Shown: positions 28,398-37,806 of the stretch, in pieces
How positions within the stretch are numbered: the stretch's first letter is position 1
Layout of the letters: the number at the start of each line of letters is the position of its first letter
Source of the DNA: an uncultured Holophagales bacterium
Lineage (GTDB): Bacteria; Acidobacteriota; Thermoanaerobaculia; Multivoradales; UBA5704
Length of the DNA stretch: 64,000 nucleotides
Assembly (NCBI GenBank): GCA_963842525.1
Contig: CAWJGT010000003.1
Span: forward strand, 1,280,001-1,344,000
Direction of reading: 5' to 3'
The notes under the pieces: generated by a model
What the model saw: the letters and a program-made list of their open reading frames with translations, nothing else
The model's database searches: none
What the model was told of the DNA's origin: nothing
Translations under genes and position numbers: made by a program

Positions 28398-30698
28398 TCA
28401 GCGCGGGGTGGTGAGCGCCGCGAGCCGGTGGTAGGCCGGATCCGCTCGCAGCGACGCGAGCTCCGGCTCGCGTTCGACCTCGGTGATCGGCAGCCCGGCA
28501 CGGATCGCGTCCGCCAGCGCGGTCAGAGCCTCCTGCCGGTCGCCGAGGGCCTCGTGGGCAAGGATCAATCGATAGCGGCTCGCAAGGTCGATCGCGTTGG
28601 CGCTCATCCGCGCGATCTCCTTGCGCGCCGCTTCGCCGTCTCCGGCCTTTGCAAGGTAGAGTGCGAGCCGGCTGCGTTCGGTCTCATCGCTCGCGCTGCC
28701 GGCGAGCCTCTTCTGCACGAGCAGGGCGGCGCGGCGGAAGGCGAGCCGCGCATCGTCCTCATGGCCGGGGAGGAAACGGTAGCTGTCGCCGAGGTTGGCC
28801 CACAGGAGCGGGTTGTTGGTCGCCGTGCCCCCCTTTTCTCCTGCCACGGCAACGGCCCGTTCGTACGCGGCGTTCGCCTCGGCATAGCGTCCCTGGTAGA
28901 AGAGGATCGTGCCGAGGTTGGTGTAAAGAGTGGAATCCGGGTTGATTTCGATCGCGCGTTGGAGCTCGGCCGCGGCACCGGCATCGTCTCCGCGTGCCTG
29001 AAGGACCCCGGCAAGGTTGCGGTGGCCTGAGACGCCGTCCGGCTCCAGGGCGATGGCGCGGCGGAATTCCCTCTCCGCCTCGGGGTAGGATTTCTGTTTG
29101 AACAGCACGCTGCCGAGCGCGTTGTGGAGCTCGGCGTCGCTTTCGCGCCGGCGGACTGCCTCACGGAACGCGGCCACGGCTGCTGCGGTGTCGCCGCGGG
29201 CAAGGGCCACGGCGCCACGCCCGCGTGCGGCGTCGGCGTTCGCCGGATCAAGCACCTCGGCGCGCGCGAAGGCGGCGGTGGCGACGTCGAGGTCCCCCTG
29301 GTCGACGGCCGCCCATCCGAGGCTGACGTGAGCCGCCGCCAGGTAGTTGTCGACGGCGACCGCCTGCTGGGCCACGGCCCGTGCCTGGCGGAGAAGCTGC
29401 TCGTCCCTCCCGGTGTTCCGGCTCTGGCGCCAGTACGCACGGGACAGGCCGGCGAGCGCTGGCGCCGACCGCGGCTCGACCCGGAGAGCCCGCTGGAAGA
29501 GCCCGATGGCGGTGTCGATGTGGCCCGGCTTGTCCCAGCGGGCGAGCCGCGCCATGCCGGCCTGGTAGAGGGCGTAGGGATCGTCGTCCGCCGCCTCCAC
29601 CGAGAGCGGCGGCGTGGTGTCGCGGCCTCCCAGGACCCTGGTCTGCGTCACGATCACCGCCCCCATCCCGAGGATGGCGACCAGCGCCAGAGGTCCGATC
29701 CACCAGCGCCCGCGGCGGGCCGCCGCGACAGGCCCGGGCTCCCCGCCCAAGACCGCCGCCCACGACGGTGCCGGAGACCCGGCTCCATCCGGCGTTACGG
29801 GCAGCGAGACGATCGTCGGTACGTCCCGCGCTGCCGCTACGGCGCGGTGCTCCTCCGAGCCCAGATCGAAGGAGATCCCGCGCAACTGTTCGGCCACAGC
29901 GGCGGCGCTCTCCGGCCGCGCCTCCGGAAACTTGGCGAGCAGGGCGTCCACCAGAGCCGCAAGCTGCGGGGGAATGGCCCGATCGTGCGCCGTCACCGGG
30001 TCGTGCGGCCGGATCGCCAGCTTCGCGAGAGTATCGAGAGGGGTGTCGGCTGCGAAAGGCGATACGCCGGTGAGCAGCTCGTAGAGCAGCACGCCGAACG
30101 AGAAGAGATCGGCGCGGGGATCGAGATAATGGCCGCGCGCCTGCTCCGGCGCCATCGAACGCGGAGTGCCGAGGACGGCGCCGGTCGCCGAGACGGCGAA
30201 TTTTGGATCGTCCGCGGACATCGGCTTGGCAAGCCCGAAATCGGCGATTTTCAGGTGGCCCGACGCCGAGATCAGCACGTTCTCGGTCTTGAAGTCGCGG
30301 TGGATGATGCCCTTGCCGTGCGCCGCGGCAAGCCCCTCGGCGAGCTGCGCCGCCCACGCCACCGTGGTGGCAAGCGGCGGCCGGCCGTTCGCCTCCAAGT
30401 GCTCGCGCAGCGACGGGCCATCGACGAATTCCATGACGATCCAATCACCGTCCTCATCGCTGAGGATGTCGAAGACCGGGACGATCGCCGGGTGGGAGAG
30501 GCGCGCCGCGGCCCACGCTTCGCGGCGGAAGCGCGCGCGCTGCTCGGGGCTGGAGCGCTCCGGATGGGCGTGCTTGATCGCGACCAGCCGATCGAGGCGG
30601 CTGTCGTGGGCGAGGAACACCTCCCCCATGCCGCCCGCACCAAGCCGGCGGACGAGGCGGTATGGACCGATGACACGATCCGCTGCAGGGCTCGACAC
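28398..30698 (-). CDS. Membrane Ser/Thr kinase with TPR repeats
   Basis: LGAGGMGEV, VAIK, HRDFKTEN, DFG, MAPEQ; TM; TPRs; GGGAGG RBS before GTG at 30698. Confidence 0.9.
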   Translation of the reverse strand: MSSPAADRVIGPYRLVRRLGAGGMGEVFLAHDSRLDRLVAIKHAHPERSSPEQRARFRREAWAAARLSHPAIVPVFDILSDEDGDWIVMEFVDGPSLREHLEANGRPPLATTVAWAAQLAEGLAAAHGKGIIHRDFKTENVLISASGHLKIADFGLAKPMSADDPKFAVSATGAVLGTPRSMAPEQARGHYLDPRADLFSFGVLLYELLTGVSPFAADTPLDTLAKLAIRPHDPVTAHDRAIPPQLAALVDALLAKFPEARPESAAAVAEQLRGISFDLGSEEHRAVAAARDVPTIVSLPVTPDGAGSPAPSWAAVLGGEPGPVAAARRGRWWIGPLALVAILGMGAVIVTQTRVLGGRDTTPPLSVEAADDDPYALYQAGMARLARWDKPGHIDTAIGLFQRALRVEPRSAPALAGLSRAYWRQSRNTGRDEQLLRQARAVAQQAVAVDNYLAAAHVSLGWAAVDQGDLDVATAAFARAEVLDPANADAARGRGAVALARGDTAAAVAAFREAVRRRESDAELHNALGSVLFKQKSYPEAEREFRRAIALEPDGVSGHRNLAGVLQARGDDAGAAAELQRAIEINPDSTLYTNLGTILFYQGRYAEANAAYERAVAVAGEKGGTATNNPLLWANLGDSYRFLPGHEDDARLAFRRAALLVQKRLAGSASDETERSRLALYLAKAGDGEAARKEIARMSANAIDLASRYRLILAHEALGDRQEALTALADAIRAGLPITEVEREPELASLRADPAYHRLAALTTPR

Positions 30699-30786
30699 CT
30701 TGCCTCCCGGGTAGGTGCCCGATATTACCCTATTCCAGCAGAGTCTGGGGGAATCTACGCGAAGCCTGCCGTGAGTTCCTGGCGGG

Positions 30787-31173
30787 TCATGAATTTCGTT
30801 CGTAGCCTCCGGCAAAGGCGGCGATCTGCGCGTGCAACCGCTTGGGGGCAACCACCCGGTACGCCTCGACCACCAGATCGGCGATCTCGTCCCAGTCAAC
30901 GGGCACGTCCAGATACACGCCGAGCCAGCCGCGGTGCCCCACGTAGGGCGGGACGAAAAAGCGTTCGGGATCTGTCCCGACAAGGGTCTCCTGCGCGCCG
31001 TCCGGCGCGGCGCATACGAAGGCCAGGCGGTCGTTGTGGTGATGGTCGGAGTACATGACGAACGTCTTCTTGCCGCGGATGAACCAGGTCGGCTCGCCGT
31101 GGCTGATCCGTTCGGTCGTCTCCGGCAAGGCAAGACAGAGCTTCCGTAGTCTCTCCAGCGGGTCCTGGGCCAT
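30787..31173 (-). CDS. MmcQ/YjbR family protein
   Basis: CLALPETTERISHGEPTW...FFVPPYVGHRGWLGV. Confidence 0.85.
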   Translation of the reverse strand: MAQDPLERLRKLCLALPETTERISHGEPTWFIRGKKTFVMYSDHHHNDRLAFVCAAPDGAQETLVGTDPERFFVPPYVGHRGWLGVYLDVPVDWDEIADLVVEAYRVVAPKRLHAQIAAFAGGYERNS

Positions 31174-31308
31174 GCCGCGATTCTGTCATGGCGGGGTCTC
31201 GTGCAGGAAGGCCGGCAGGAGTAAGATAAGGACGCTCAGTACGCGGTTCGATCTTCTCTCTGCTGGATGTCGAGGACGAAGGGGGGCTGAAAGGACACGG
31301 GGCAAGCC

Positions 31309-32592
31309 ATGAAACGGCTCAGGCTGGTCTACGTTCTCTTCCTGGCGCTCTGTCTGTTCGGGAGCCCTCCTGCCACGATGCGATCTGTGGCGGAGGAGCG
31401 GCCAGGTGTCTTTGCGATTGTCAATGCGCGGATCTTCGACGGGGTCCGGCTGGTGCCCCGGGGGACAGTGGTGGTCGACGGCGGCCGGATCGTCGCTTCC
31501 GGGCCGAAGGTCAAGCCGCCTCGGGGAGCCGAGGTGATCGACGGCTCCGGGGCTACGCTCCTGCCAGGTTTCATCGACGCGCACACCCACGTCTTCACTT
31601 CCTCCCTGGAGCGGTCCCTCGTCTTCGGCGTCACGACCGAGCTCGACATGTTCACCTCCCCGCAGCTCGCACAGGCCCTGCGGGACGAGCAGGCCGAGAC
31701 CGGGGCTCCAGGCCGGGCCGACCTGCGGAGCGCCGGATTCCTCGCGACCGCGCCCGGCGGGCACGGCACGCAGTTCGGCGTTCCGGTCCCGACGCTGACC
31801 GGGCCTGAGGAGGCGCAGGATTGGGTCGACGCCCGGATCGACGAGGGCTCGGACTACATCAAGATCATCTCCGAGGACGGCTCGGCCTACGGCGGGCAGC
31901 GCGCGGCGCTCGACCAGGAGACCATCGCGGCGCTGATCGAGGCCGCCCACCAACGGCGCAAGCGCGCCGTCGTCCACGTGAGCACACAGGAGCGCGCCAG
32001 GACGGCCATCGAGGCGGGCGCGGACGGCCTCGTCCACATTTTCGTGGACCAGGAGCCGGAGCCGGGCTTCGCGCGCCTGCTGGCCAAGCGGAGGGCTTTC
32101 GTGGTGCCGACTCTTTCGGTCTCCGAGAGCACAACGGGAGTGGCGAGCGGCCAGTGGTTGGCGGACGATCCGCGCCTTGCGCCGTACCTCACGCCCGAGG
32201 AGACGGCGAACCTTCGCCGGGCGTTTACCGCGCGGCCGGATGCGCCGAACCGGCTGGAGCACGCCTTCGCGGCGGTCCGGCAGCTCCGGGCGGCCCGCGT
32301 GCTGATCCTCGCCGGGAGCGACGCGCCCAACCCGGGCACCGCCCACGGCGCCAGCATGCATCGCGAAATGGAGCTGCTGGTCGAGGCCGGCCTCAAGCCC
32401 GTCGAGGCGCTGGCGGCGGCGACCTCCGCTCCGGCCCAGGCTTTCGGCCTCACCGACCGCGGCCGCATCGCCCGGGGCCTCCGGGCCGACCTGGTCCTGG
32501 TGCAAGGCAATCCAGGCCTGGACATCACCGCCACGCGGGACATCCTCCGCATCTGGAAAGGCGGCCAGCCCGTCGAGCGGCCGGAGATCTAG
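31309..32592 (+). CDS. Secreted amidohydrolase family protein
   Basis: PGFIDAHTH, YIKI, AGSDA, GRIARGLRADLVLV. Confidence 0.9.
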   Translation: MKRLRLVYVLFLALCLFGSPPATMRSVAEERPGVFAIVNARIFDGVRLVPRGTVVVDGGRIVASGPKVKPPRGAEVIDGSGATLLPGFIDAHTHVFTSSLERSLVFGVTTELDMFTSPQLAQALRDEQAETGAPGRADLRSAGFLATAPGGHGTQFGVPVPTLTGPEEAQDWVDARIDEGSDYIKIISEDGSAYGGQRAALDQETIAALIEAAHQRRKRAVVHVSTQERARTAIEAGADGLVHIFVDQEPEPGFARLLAKRRAFVVPTLSVSESTTGVASGQWLADDPRLAPYLTPEETANLRRAFTARPDAPNRLEHAFAAVRQLRAARVLILAGSDAPNPGTAHGASMHREMELLVEAGLKPVEALAAATSAPAQAFGLTDRGRIARGLRADLVLVQGNPGLDITATRDILRIWKGGQPVERPEI

Positions 32593-33719
32593 ACGGTCGC
32601 GGCTTCCGCGATCCCCAGATCCTCGTAAACCGCATCCAGCACCGCCCGGACCCGCCGCTCGTGGGCGTCGTTGTCCGGGGTGCCGTTGAAGACCAGGGCG
32701 ACGGCGAGGCCGTGCTCAGGGTCCGCGAATCCAGTGGAGGAGCGGTAGCCGCTGTGGCCGAAAGCGCGCGGCGAGGCGTGGTGGCCGTAGCCGTAGGGGA
32801 CGGTCTCCGCGCCGTAGCGGGCAGAATTGACGATGAAGCCGAGGCCCCAGTCCAGAATGTGCTTGAAGGTGGCGTCCATCATCCCGACCCGCTGGGGCGT
32901 GGTGAAGGCCTCGACGGTCTGCGGCAGGAGGACGCGCCGGTTCCGGTACACCCCGCGGCCGAGGAGCATCTCGTAGAAGCGGCCGAGCTCGTGCATCGGG
33001 CCGTAGCCGTTCCCCCCGGGGCTCGGGTTGACGCAGCGCTCCTCGGTGTCCCAGCCGTGCGGCTCCGGCGGGCTCGCCTCGGTGTTCCACATGTCGCCGA
33101 TGCGGCCTTCCTGTGTATAAGCCTGAAAGCGGTCCGGCGGCATGCCGACCCAGGAGTCGCGCATGTCCAGGGGGCCGAAAATCTCCTCGCGGACATAGTG
33201 TTCGAAGGGGCGGCCGTCGACCCGGCGGACCACCTCGCCGAGGATGAACCAGCTCGAGGCGGTGTGATAGCCGGCCTTGGCGCCGGGGACCCAGCGGGGC
33301 TCGGGCTTCATGGCAGAGAGGCGGGCGATGATCTCGTCCCAGCTCTTCTGCGGCCAGCCCGTATCGAGCATGCGGATGCCGGCGGTGTGGGTGAGGATGT
33401 GGCGGAGGGTGATCCCCTCCTTGCCCTTCTGCCCGAATTCCGGGATGTGCCGGGCCACGGGATCGTCGAGCTCCAGCCGCCCGCGCTCCCAGAGCTGCGC
33501 GATGGCCACGGCACCCACCGGCTTGGTGGAGGAGAGCCAGAGCATCAGGTGATCCGGGGTGAGCGGCGTCCCGGGCCGGTCCTCGCCGACGGCGGCATCC
33601 ACCACCGGCTCGCCCCGCCGGGAGACATAGATCTGCGTGCCGAGGTGGAGCCCGTCGCGGATCCCCGCGTCGATCGCCTCCCGGGTGCGGGGGAGGCGGT
33701 CCATGGAGTTGGCGTCCAT
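32589..33719 (-). CDS. Serine hydrolase (beta-lactamase class C-like)
   Basis: SSTK, LTHTAG, AGYH, FGHSG. Confidence 0.9.
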   Translation of the reverse strand: MDANSMDRLPRTREAIDAGIRDGLHLGTQIYVSRRGEPVVDAAVGEDRPGTPLTPDHLMLWLSSTKPVGAVAIAQLWERGRLELDDPVARHIPEFGQKGKEGITLRHILTHTAGIRMLDTGWPQKSWDEIIARLSAMKPEPRWVPGAKAGYHTASSWFILGEVVRRVDGRPFEHYVREEIFGPLDMRDSWVGMPPDRFQAYTQEGRIGDMWNTEASPPEPHGWDTEERCVNPSPGGNGYGPMHELGRFYEMLLGRGVYRNRRVLLPQTVEAFTTPQRVGMMDATFKHILDWGLGFIVNSARYGAETVPYGYGHHASPRAFGHSGYRSSTGFADPEHGLAVALVFNGTPDNDAHERRVRAVLDAVYEDLGIAEAATV

Positions 33720-33746
33720 ACGGGTGGGGATTGTAAACTACGGGCC

Positions 33747-33953
33747 ATGGCCAATCCTCTCCGCGACCAGACCCTGATCGAGAAGCTTCAAACCCTTCCG
33801 CCGGACAAGGTTGCTGAGGTCGAGGATTTCATCGACTTCTTGCGATCCCGGGATGATGAGCGGCTTCTTACCCAGACTGCCGCCCGGCTGTCCGAAGGTG
33901 CTCTGCGGAAGGTTTGGGACAATGCGGATGACGCCGAGTATGACCGACTATAG
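33747..33953 (+). CDS. DUF2281-like antitoxin
   Basis: LPPDKVAEVEDFIDFL...VWDNADDAEYDRL; overlaps the toxin gene. Confidence 0.8.
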   Translation: MANPLRDQTLIEKLQTLPPDKVAEVEDFIDFLRSRDDERLLTQTAARLSEGALRKVWDNADDAEYDRL

Positions 33954-34395
33954 ATTCGGCGACGTCGTCCTCGTTCCCTTTCCCTTCACCGACCAATCAG
34001 ACGCAAAAAGGCGACCGGCCGTCGCCGTCAGCTCCAACGCATACCATGATCAACGTCTGGACCTGATCCTCATGGCGATCACGAGCCAGATCCGGTCGCC
34101 GCTGGGATTTGGTGAGTCACTCGTCACCCATTGGCAGGAAGCGGGGCTTTTGAAGCCCTCCGTCCTGAAACCTGTGCTCTTTACGCTGGACAAGGCCCTT
34201 GTCGTGCGCAAGCTGGGGAGTCTCTCCGGGCAGGACGCCGGCATACTGCAACAGAGCTTGGCGACGATCCTGGGAGGCTCGGAGGCAAACCCCTCCGCCC
34301 AGGAGATATCGGAGCCCGTAGACACACCGGAGGCAGACCCTCCGTCCCTCTCCACCGAGATGAGGGAGAGGGACGGAGGCAACGATGATCAGTGA
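33940..34395 (+). CDS. PemK/MazF family toxin
   Basis: GDVVLVPFPFTD...KRRPAV...ITSQ...AGLLKPS. Confidence 0.88.
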   Translation: MTDYRFGDVVLVPFPFTDQSDAKRRPAVAVSSNAYHDQRLDLILMAITSQIRSPLGFGESLVTHWQEAGLLKPSVLKPVLFTLDKALVVRKLGSLSGQDAGILQQSLATILGGSEANPSAQEISEPVDTPEADPPSLSTEMRERDGGNDDQ

Positions 34396-34702
34396 CCGTC
34401 GGCAATGCCAGAACGAAGTCAGAACACATCCGTCCCGCCGCACTGACTGACATTGCTCGCGAAGCAGAGCTCGCGGCCGGCAAAACGGCGGTCCGGGCCG
34501 TGATAGACGCGGCGCAAACGAGACGGTTTCATCGACAGCCCCTTTGCGCCCTCCGGGATGTCCAGGAGAGACTTCAAGAGATGGAGGTCATTCTACTCTC
34601 GCGGGCGGATTGGGGCCGCTCTTGGCGCGATCCGGCCCGGAAAACGCCTCGCCGCCGCCGAAACCCCGCCTCCCCGCCTCGGAATCCGGGTCGCCTCCTG
34701 AC

Positions 34703-34973
34703 CGAGGGCAGCGGCTGCCCAACGTTAACGCCCTCGCCGTTAGCGAAGGGCAGTGGCTGCCCAACCTTGACGAGTCACCTCTTAACGAAGGGCAGTGACT
34801 GCCCAACCTTAACGGGTCACCCCGTAACGAAGGGCAGTGACTGCCCAACCTTAACGGGTCGCCCCGTAACAAAGGGCAGTGACTGCCCAACCTTAACGGG
34901 TTGCCCCGTAACGAAGGGCAGCGACTGCCCAACCTTAACGGCCTCGCTCTTAACAATGGGCAGCGACTGCCCC
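34703..34973. repeat. 42-bp palindromic tandem array (~6.5 units)
   Basis: Unit ~ACGAAGGGCAGTGACTGCCCAACCTTAACGGGTCACCCCGTA; seven GGGCAG-N3-CTGCCC hairpins. Confidence 0.9.
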
Positions 34974-35013
34974 TGGTACCGCGGACACCTGCAAGCCGGG
35001 GCGGGGATCCCCG

Positions 35014-35307
35014 AGCCCTGAAGGGGCGCCGGAGTGGCCGCGGGGTGATAACCCGGGGGGGCTGGGGGAAGCGCCCCTTGTGGGCGCCGGAACGTAGCCC
35101 CGGGTTTCAACCCGGGGTGCGGAGGCGCCACCAATCCATCCTGAGCCCCTTCCAGGGGCCATGGCGCGGACGGGGACGGAACGCCGGCGGTGTGGTTTCC
35201 CGCGACGGCGGGCCGTCCGCCACCCGCCCTCGCCGACTCCCCTGAAGGGGCTCGAAAAACGAAATCGGGCCTCGCGACCCCGGGTTGAACCCCGGGGCTA
35301 CGTTCCG
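35014..35307. repeat. REP doublet (AGCCCCGGG..CCCGGGG family)
   Basis: CCGGAACGTAGCCCCGGGTTTCAACCCGGGG and inverted copy ending GGGGCTACGTTCCGG. Confidence 0.8.
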
Positions 35308-35360
35308 GTGTGATCTGGGCCATGGTGCACCGTTTTCACCAACTGGTGTACGATCGTGCC

Positions 35361-35615
35361 ATGCGGCGGGCCACGATCACGATCCCGGACGACCTCGAGG
35401 CCGATCTGGCCTCCTACTTGGAGGCGCAAGATGCTGCGCCGAGCCTCACCAGCGTGGTGGAGGCCGCGCTCCGGCGTTATCTCCAAGAAAAGCGGCTTGA
35501 GACGCGGCAGTACCAGCCCCCCCGCGGCCCTCTCCAGATCACGCCCGCGGAGACGGGGAGCGGCACCTCCGATGTCAGCCGCAACCACGACCGCTATCTC
35601 TCTGAGAAGCGGTGA
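35361..35615 (+). CDS. CopG/RHH antitoxin
   Basis: MRRATITIPDDL...VVEAALRRYL...SDVSRNHDRYL. Confidence 0.8.
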   Translation: MRRATITIPDDLEADLASYLEAQDAAPSLTSVVEAALRRYLQEKRLETRQYQPPRGPLQITPAETGSGTSDVSRNHDRYLSEKR

Positions 35616-35689
35616 GATCCGCCCTGCAGCTACCGGTTTGGACGTTTGACCATCAATTCGACGTCATGCACGTGATGGTCTGGCATTAG
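35612..35689 (+). pseudogene. PIN toxin reduced to start codon plus C-terminal tail
   Basis: GTGA overlap, then RSALQLPVWTFDHQFDVMHVMVWH*; TFDxxF resembles a PIN C-terminal motif. Confidence 0.6.
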
Positions 35690-35729
35690 CATTCTAGCGG
35701 CCGTGCGGGTCTTCGCCTAGGCTGATGCC

Positions 35730-36908
35730 GTGCGACCTGAGAACGAGCTGGTCCAGGAGATCGATCGCCCGCCCGGCGTCCATGCGGTGGCGCTGTGGCT
35801 GATCGGTCTCGGCCTGCTGATCGGGCTGCTCGAAATGGCCCGCCTCAGCTTCGGGCTCTGGGCGCAGGGGCGCCCGGTCCTCTGGGGAGTGGTCGCGGCC
35901 AGCACGCTCCCTTACTGGGTGACGCTCGGTCTTGCCCTGGCGGTGCTCGTTCGCACCGTCCGCTGGTTCCCGCTGCGGCGCGGACACTGGCGGCGGTCCA
36001 TCCCCTTTCACCTCACCGTGGCCGTGCTGTTCTCGGCCTGCCATGCCGTGGGCGCAGGCATGCTCGCCGACCTCCTCTACGCGGGCCGGGTGATCTCGGT
36101 CTCGGCGCATCTGTGGAAGGTGCTTCAGCTCATCCCGGTCATCGGCTTCTTCAGCTATGCCGCGGTGGTGGCTGCCGTGGCAGCTATCGACTCCCATCAA
36201 CGGTTCCTCGAACGCGAGCGCGCCGCGGCGCGCTATGCCCTGCGCGCCGCCGATCTCGAGGCGAGCCTGGCCCAGGCCCGGCTCGAGGCCTTGCGCGTGC
36301 AGCTCAACCCCCACTTCCTTTTCAACACCCTCAACGCCGCCTCGGTCCTGGCTCTCAAGGGGGAGGGGAAGAAGGTGGTCGCCATGCTCGTGCGGCTGAG
36401 CGACTTCCTGCGGATCGTCCTGGAGCACTCCGACCAGGTGGTACCCCTGGCCGAGGAGCTCGACCTGCTCTCCCACTATCTGGAGATCGAGCGGGTCCGC
36501 TTCGAGGACCGCCTGGACCTGCGTTTCGACGTCGCCCAGGAAGCTCTCGGCGTCGAGGTGCCGAGCCTGGTGCTCCAGCCCCTGGCCGAGAACGCCATCC
36601 GCCACGGCATCGCGCGCATACCCGGCCCCGGCCATCTGGAGATCCGGGCGCGGCTGGCCGGCGAACGGCTGGTCCTTGAGGTGCTCGACAGCGGCCCGGG
36701 TCTCGAGGCCGCCGATCCTCCTTCCGAGGGCGTCGGCCTCGCCAACACGCGGGCGCGCCTGGAGCAGATCTACGGCGGCGCGGCGGCCCTGGAGCTGTCG
36801 TCGGCGCCCGGCGGCGGCGGTCTCATCCGGCTGACGCTGCCCCTCCGGCCGGCGGCGGCCGGCGGCGGCGATCGAGAGGAGGCGATGGCGGATGCCGGAC
36901 CGCACTGA
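35730..36908 (+). CDS. LytS/YehU-like sensor histidine kinase
   Basis: TMs; QLNPHFLFNTLN, LQPLAENAIRHG, GVGLANTRARL. Confidence 0.92.
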   Translation: MRPENELVQEIDRPPGVHAVALWLIGLGLLIGLLEMARLSFGLWAQGRPVLWGVVAASTLPYWVTLGLALAVLVRTVRWFPLRRGHWRRSIPFHLTVAVLFSACHAVGAGMLADLLYAGRVISVSAHLWKVLQLIPVIGFFSYAAVVAAVAAIDSHQRFLERERAAARYALRAADLEASLAQARLEALRVQLNPHFLFNTLNAASVLALKGEGKKVVAMLVRLSDFLRIVLEHSDQVVPLAEELDLLSHYLEIERVRFEDRLDLRFDVAQEALGVEVPSLVLQPLAENAIRHGIARIPGPGHLEIRARLAGERLVLEVLDSGPGLEAADPPSEGVGLANTRARLEQIYGGAAALELSSAPGGGGLIRLTLPLRPAAAGGGDREEAMADAGPH

Positions 36909-37677
36909 AGGCGTGATCCGCGTCCTGCTGGTCGACGACGAGCCGCTGGCGCGCGAAGGGCTGCGGCTTCACCTCGCCGGCGAGCCGGACGTCGAGATCG
37001 TCGGCGAGTGCGGCGACGGCGAGGAGGCGGTGCGGGCCCTGCGCGAGCTGGCCCCGGACCTGGTCTTCCTCGATATCCAGCTCCCCGGATTGAACGGCCT
37101 CGAGGTGCTCGACCGGTTGGCGGGCCGGCTGCCGGCGTTGGTCTTCGTCACCGCCTACGACCGCTATGCGATCGCCGCCTTCGAGCGCCATGCCCTCGAC
37201 TACCTGCTGAAGCCGTTCGATGCGCCGCGCCTGGCCCGCACGCTCGCCCGCGTGCGGGGGGAGCTGGCGCGCCGGGACCGCGACGCGATTGGCAAGGAGG
37301 TTCTGGCGACATTGCGCGAGCTCCGCCGGGAACCGCCGCGCTACCTCGAGCGCCTCGCCGTGCGCACGACGGGGCGCTACATCTTCCTCCGCGTGGACGA
37401 GGTCGACTGGATCGAGGCGGCGGAGAACTACGTCCGGGTCCATGCTGCCGGCCGCGGCCATCTGATGAGGGAGACGATGAGCGGGATGGAAGGCAAGCTC
37501 GACCCGGCGCGCTTTCTGCGCATCCACCGTTCCGCCATCGTCAACGTCGACCGCATCCGGACCATCGAAGCCCTCGACAACGGCGAGCTCGCGGTCGTCC
37601 TTGGGGACGGCACCCGCCTCCCGACCAGCCGCAGCTATCGTGCCGCGATCGAAGAGCTGATCCGCCGCTCGCACTGA
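36892..37677 (+). CDS. LytTR response regulator
   Basis: VDDEPLA, FLDIQ, VTAY, DYLLKP, FLRIHRSAIVN. Confidence 0.95.
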   Translation: MPDRTEGVIRVLLVDDEPLAREGLRLHLAGEPDVEIVGECGDGEEAVRALRELAPDLVFLDIQLPGLNGLEVLDRLAGRLPALVFVTAYDRYAIAAFERHALDYLLKPFDAPRLARTLARVRGELARRDRDAIGKEVLATLRELRREPPRYLERLAVRTTGRYIFLRVDEVDWIEAAENYVRVHAAGRGHLMRETMSGMEGKLDPARFLRIHRSAIVNVDRIRTIEALDNGELAVVLGDGTRLPTSRSYRAAIEELIRRSH

Positions 37678-37690
37678 CGCCCCGCCGCAG

Positions 37691-37740
37691 TCGTCCCACC
37701 GTTGTGTGGGCTCGTCACATCGTTGCGGTCATCCGTCCCA
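37691..37740 (+). promoter_or_regulatory. Putative LytTR binding direct repeats
   Basis: TCGTCCCA (37691), TCGTCACA (37712), CCGTCCCA (37733) at 21-bp spacing. Confidence 0.6.
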
Positions 37741-37806
37741 ACGGCGTTGACCCCGGCTGCCCGGCCGGCGCCCAATGACGGTGTGAGACTTGGAAAGGAG
37801 AGAATC

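Noticed and set aside
30699-31133. N-terminal extension of the 911-aa kinase ORF
   Set aside because: Overlaps the yjbR-like gene; an RBS and GTG at 30698 give the likely start
34500-34600. c-di-GMP-I riboswitch (GGGCGCAAAG on minus strand)
   Set aside because: The upstream GGCAAAC/GNRA stem is missing and there is no clear downstream gene
34703-34973. CRISPR array
   Set aside because: Intervening segments are near-copies of each other, the period is only 42 bp, and no cas genes or leader are present
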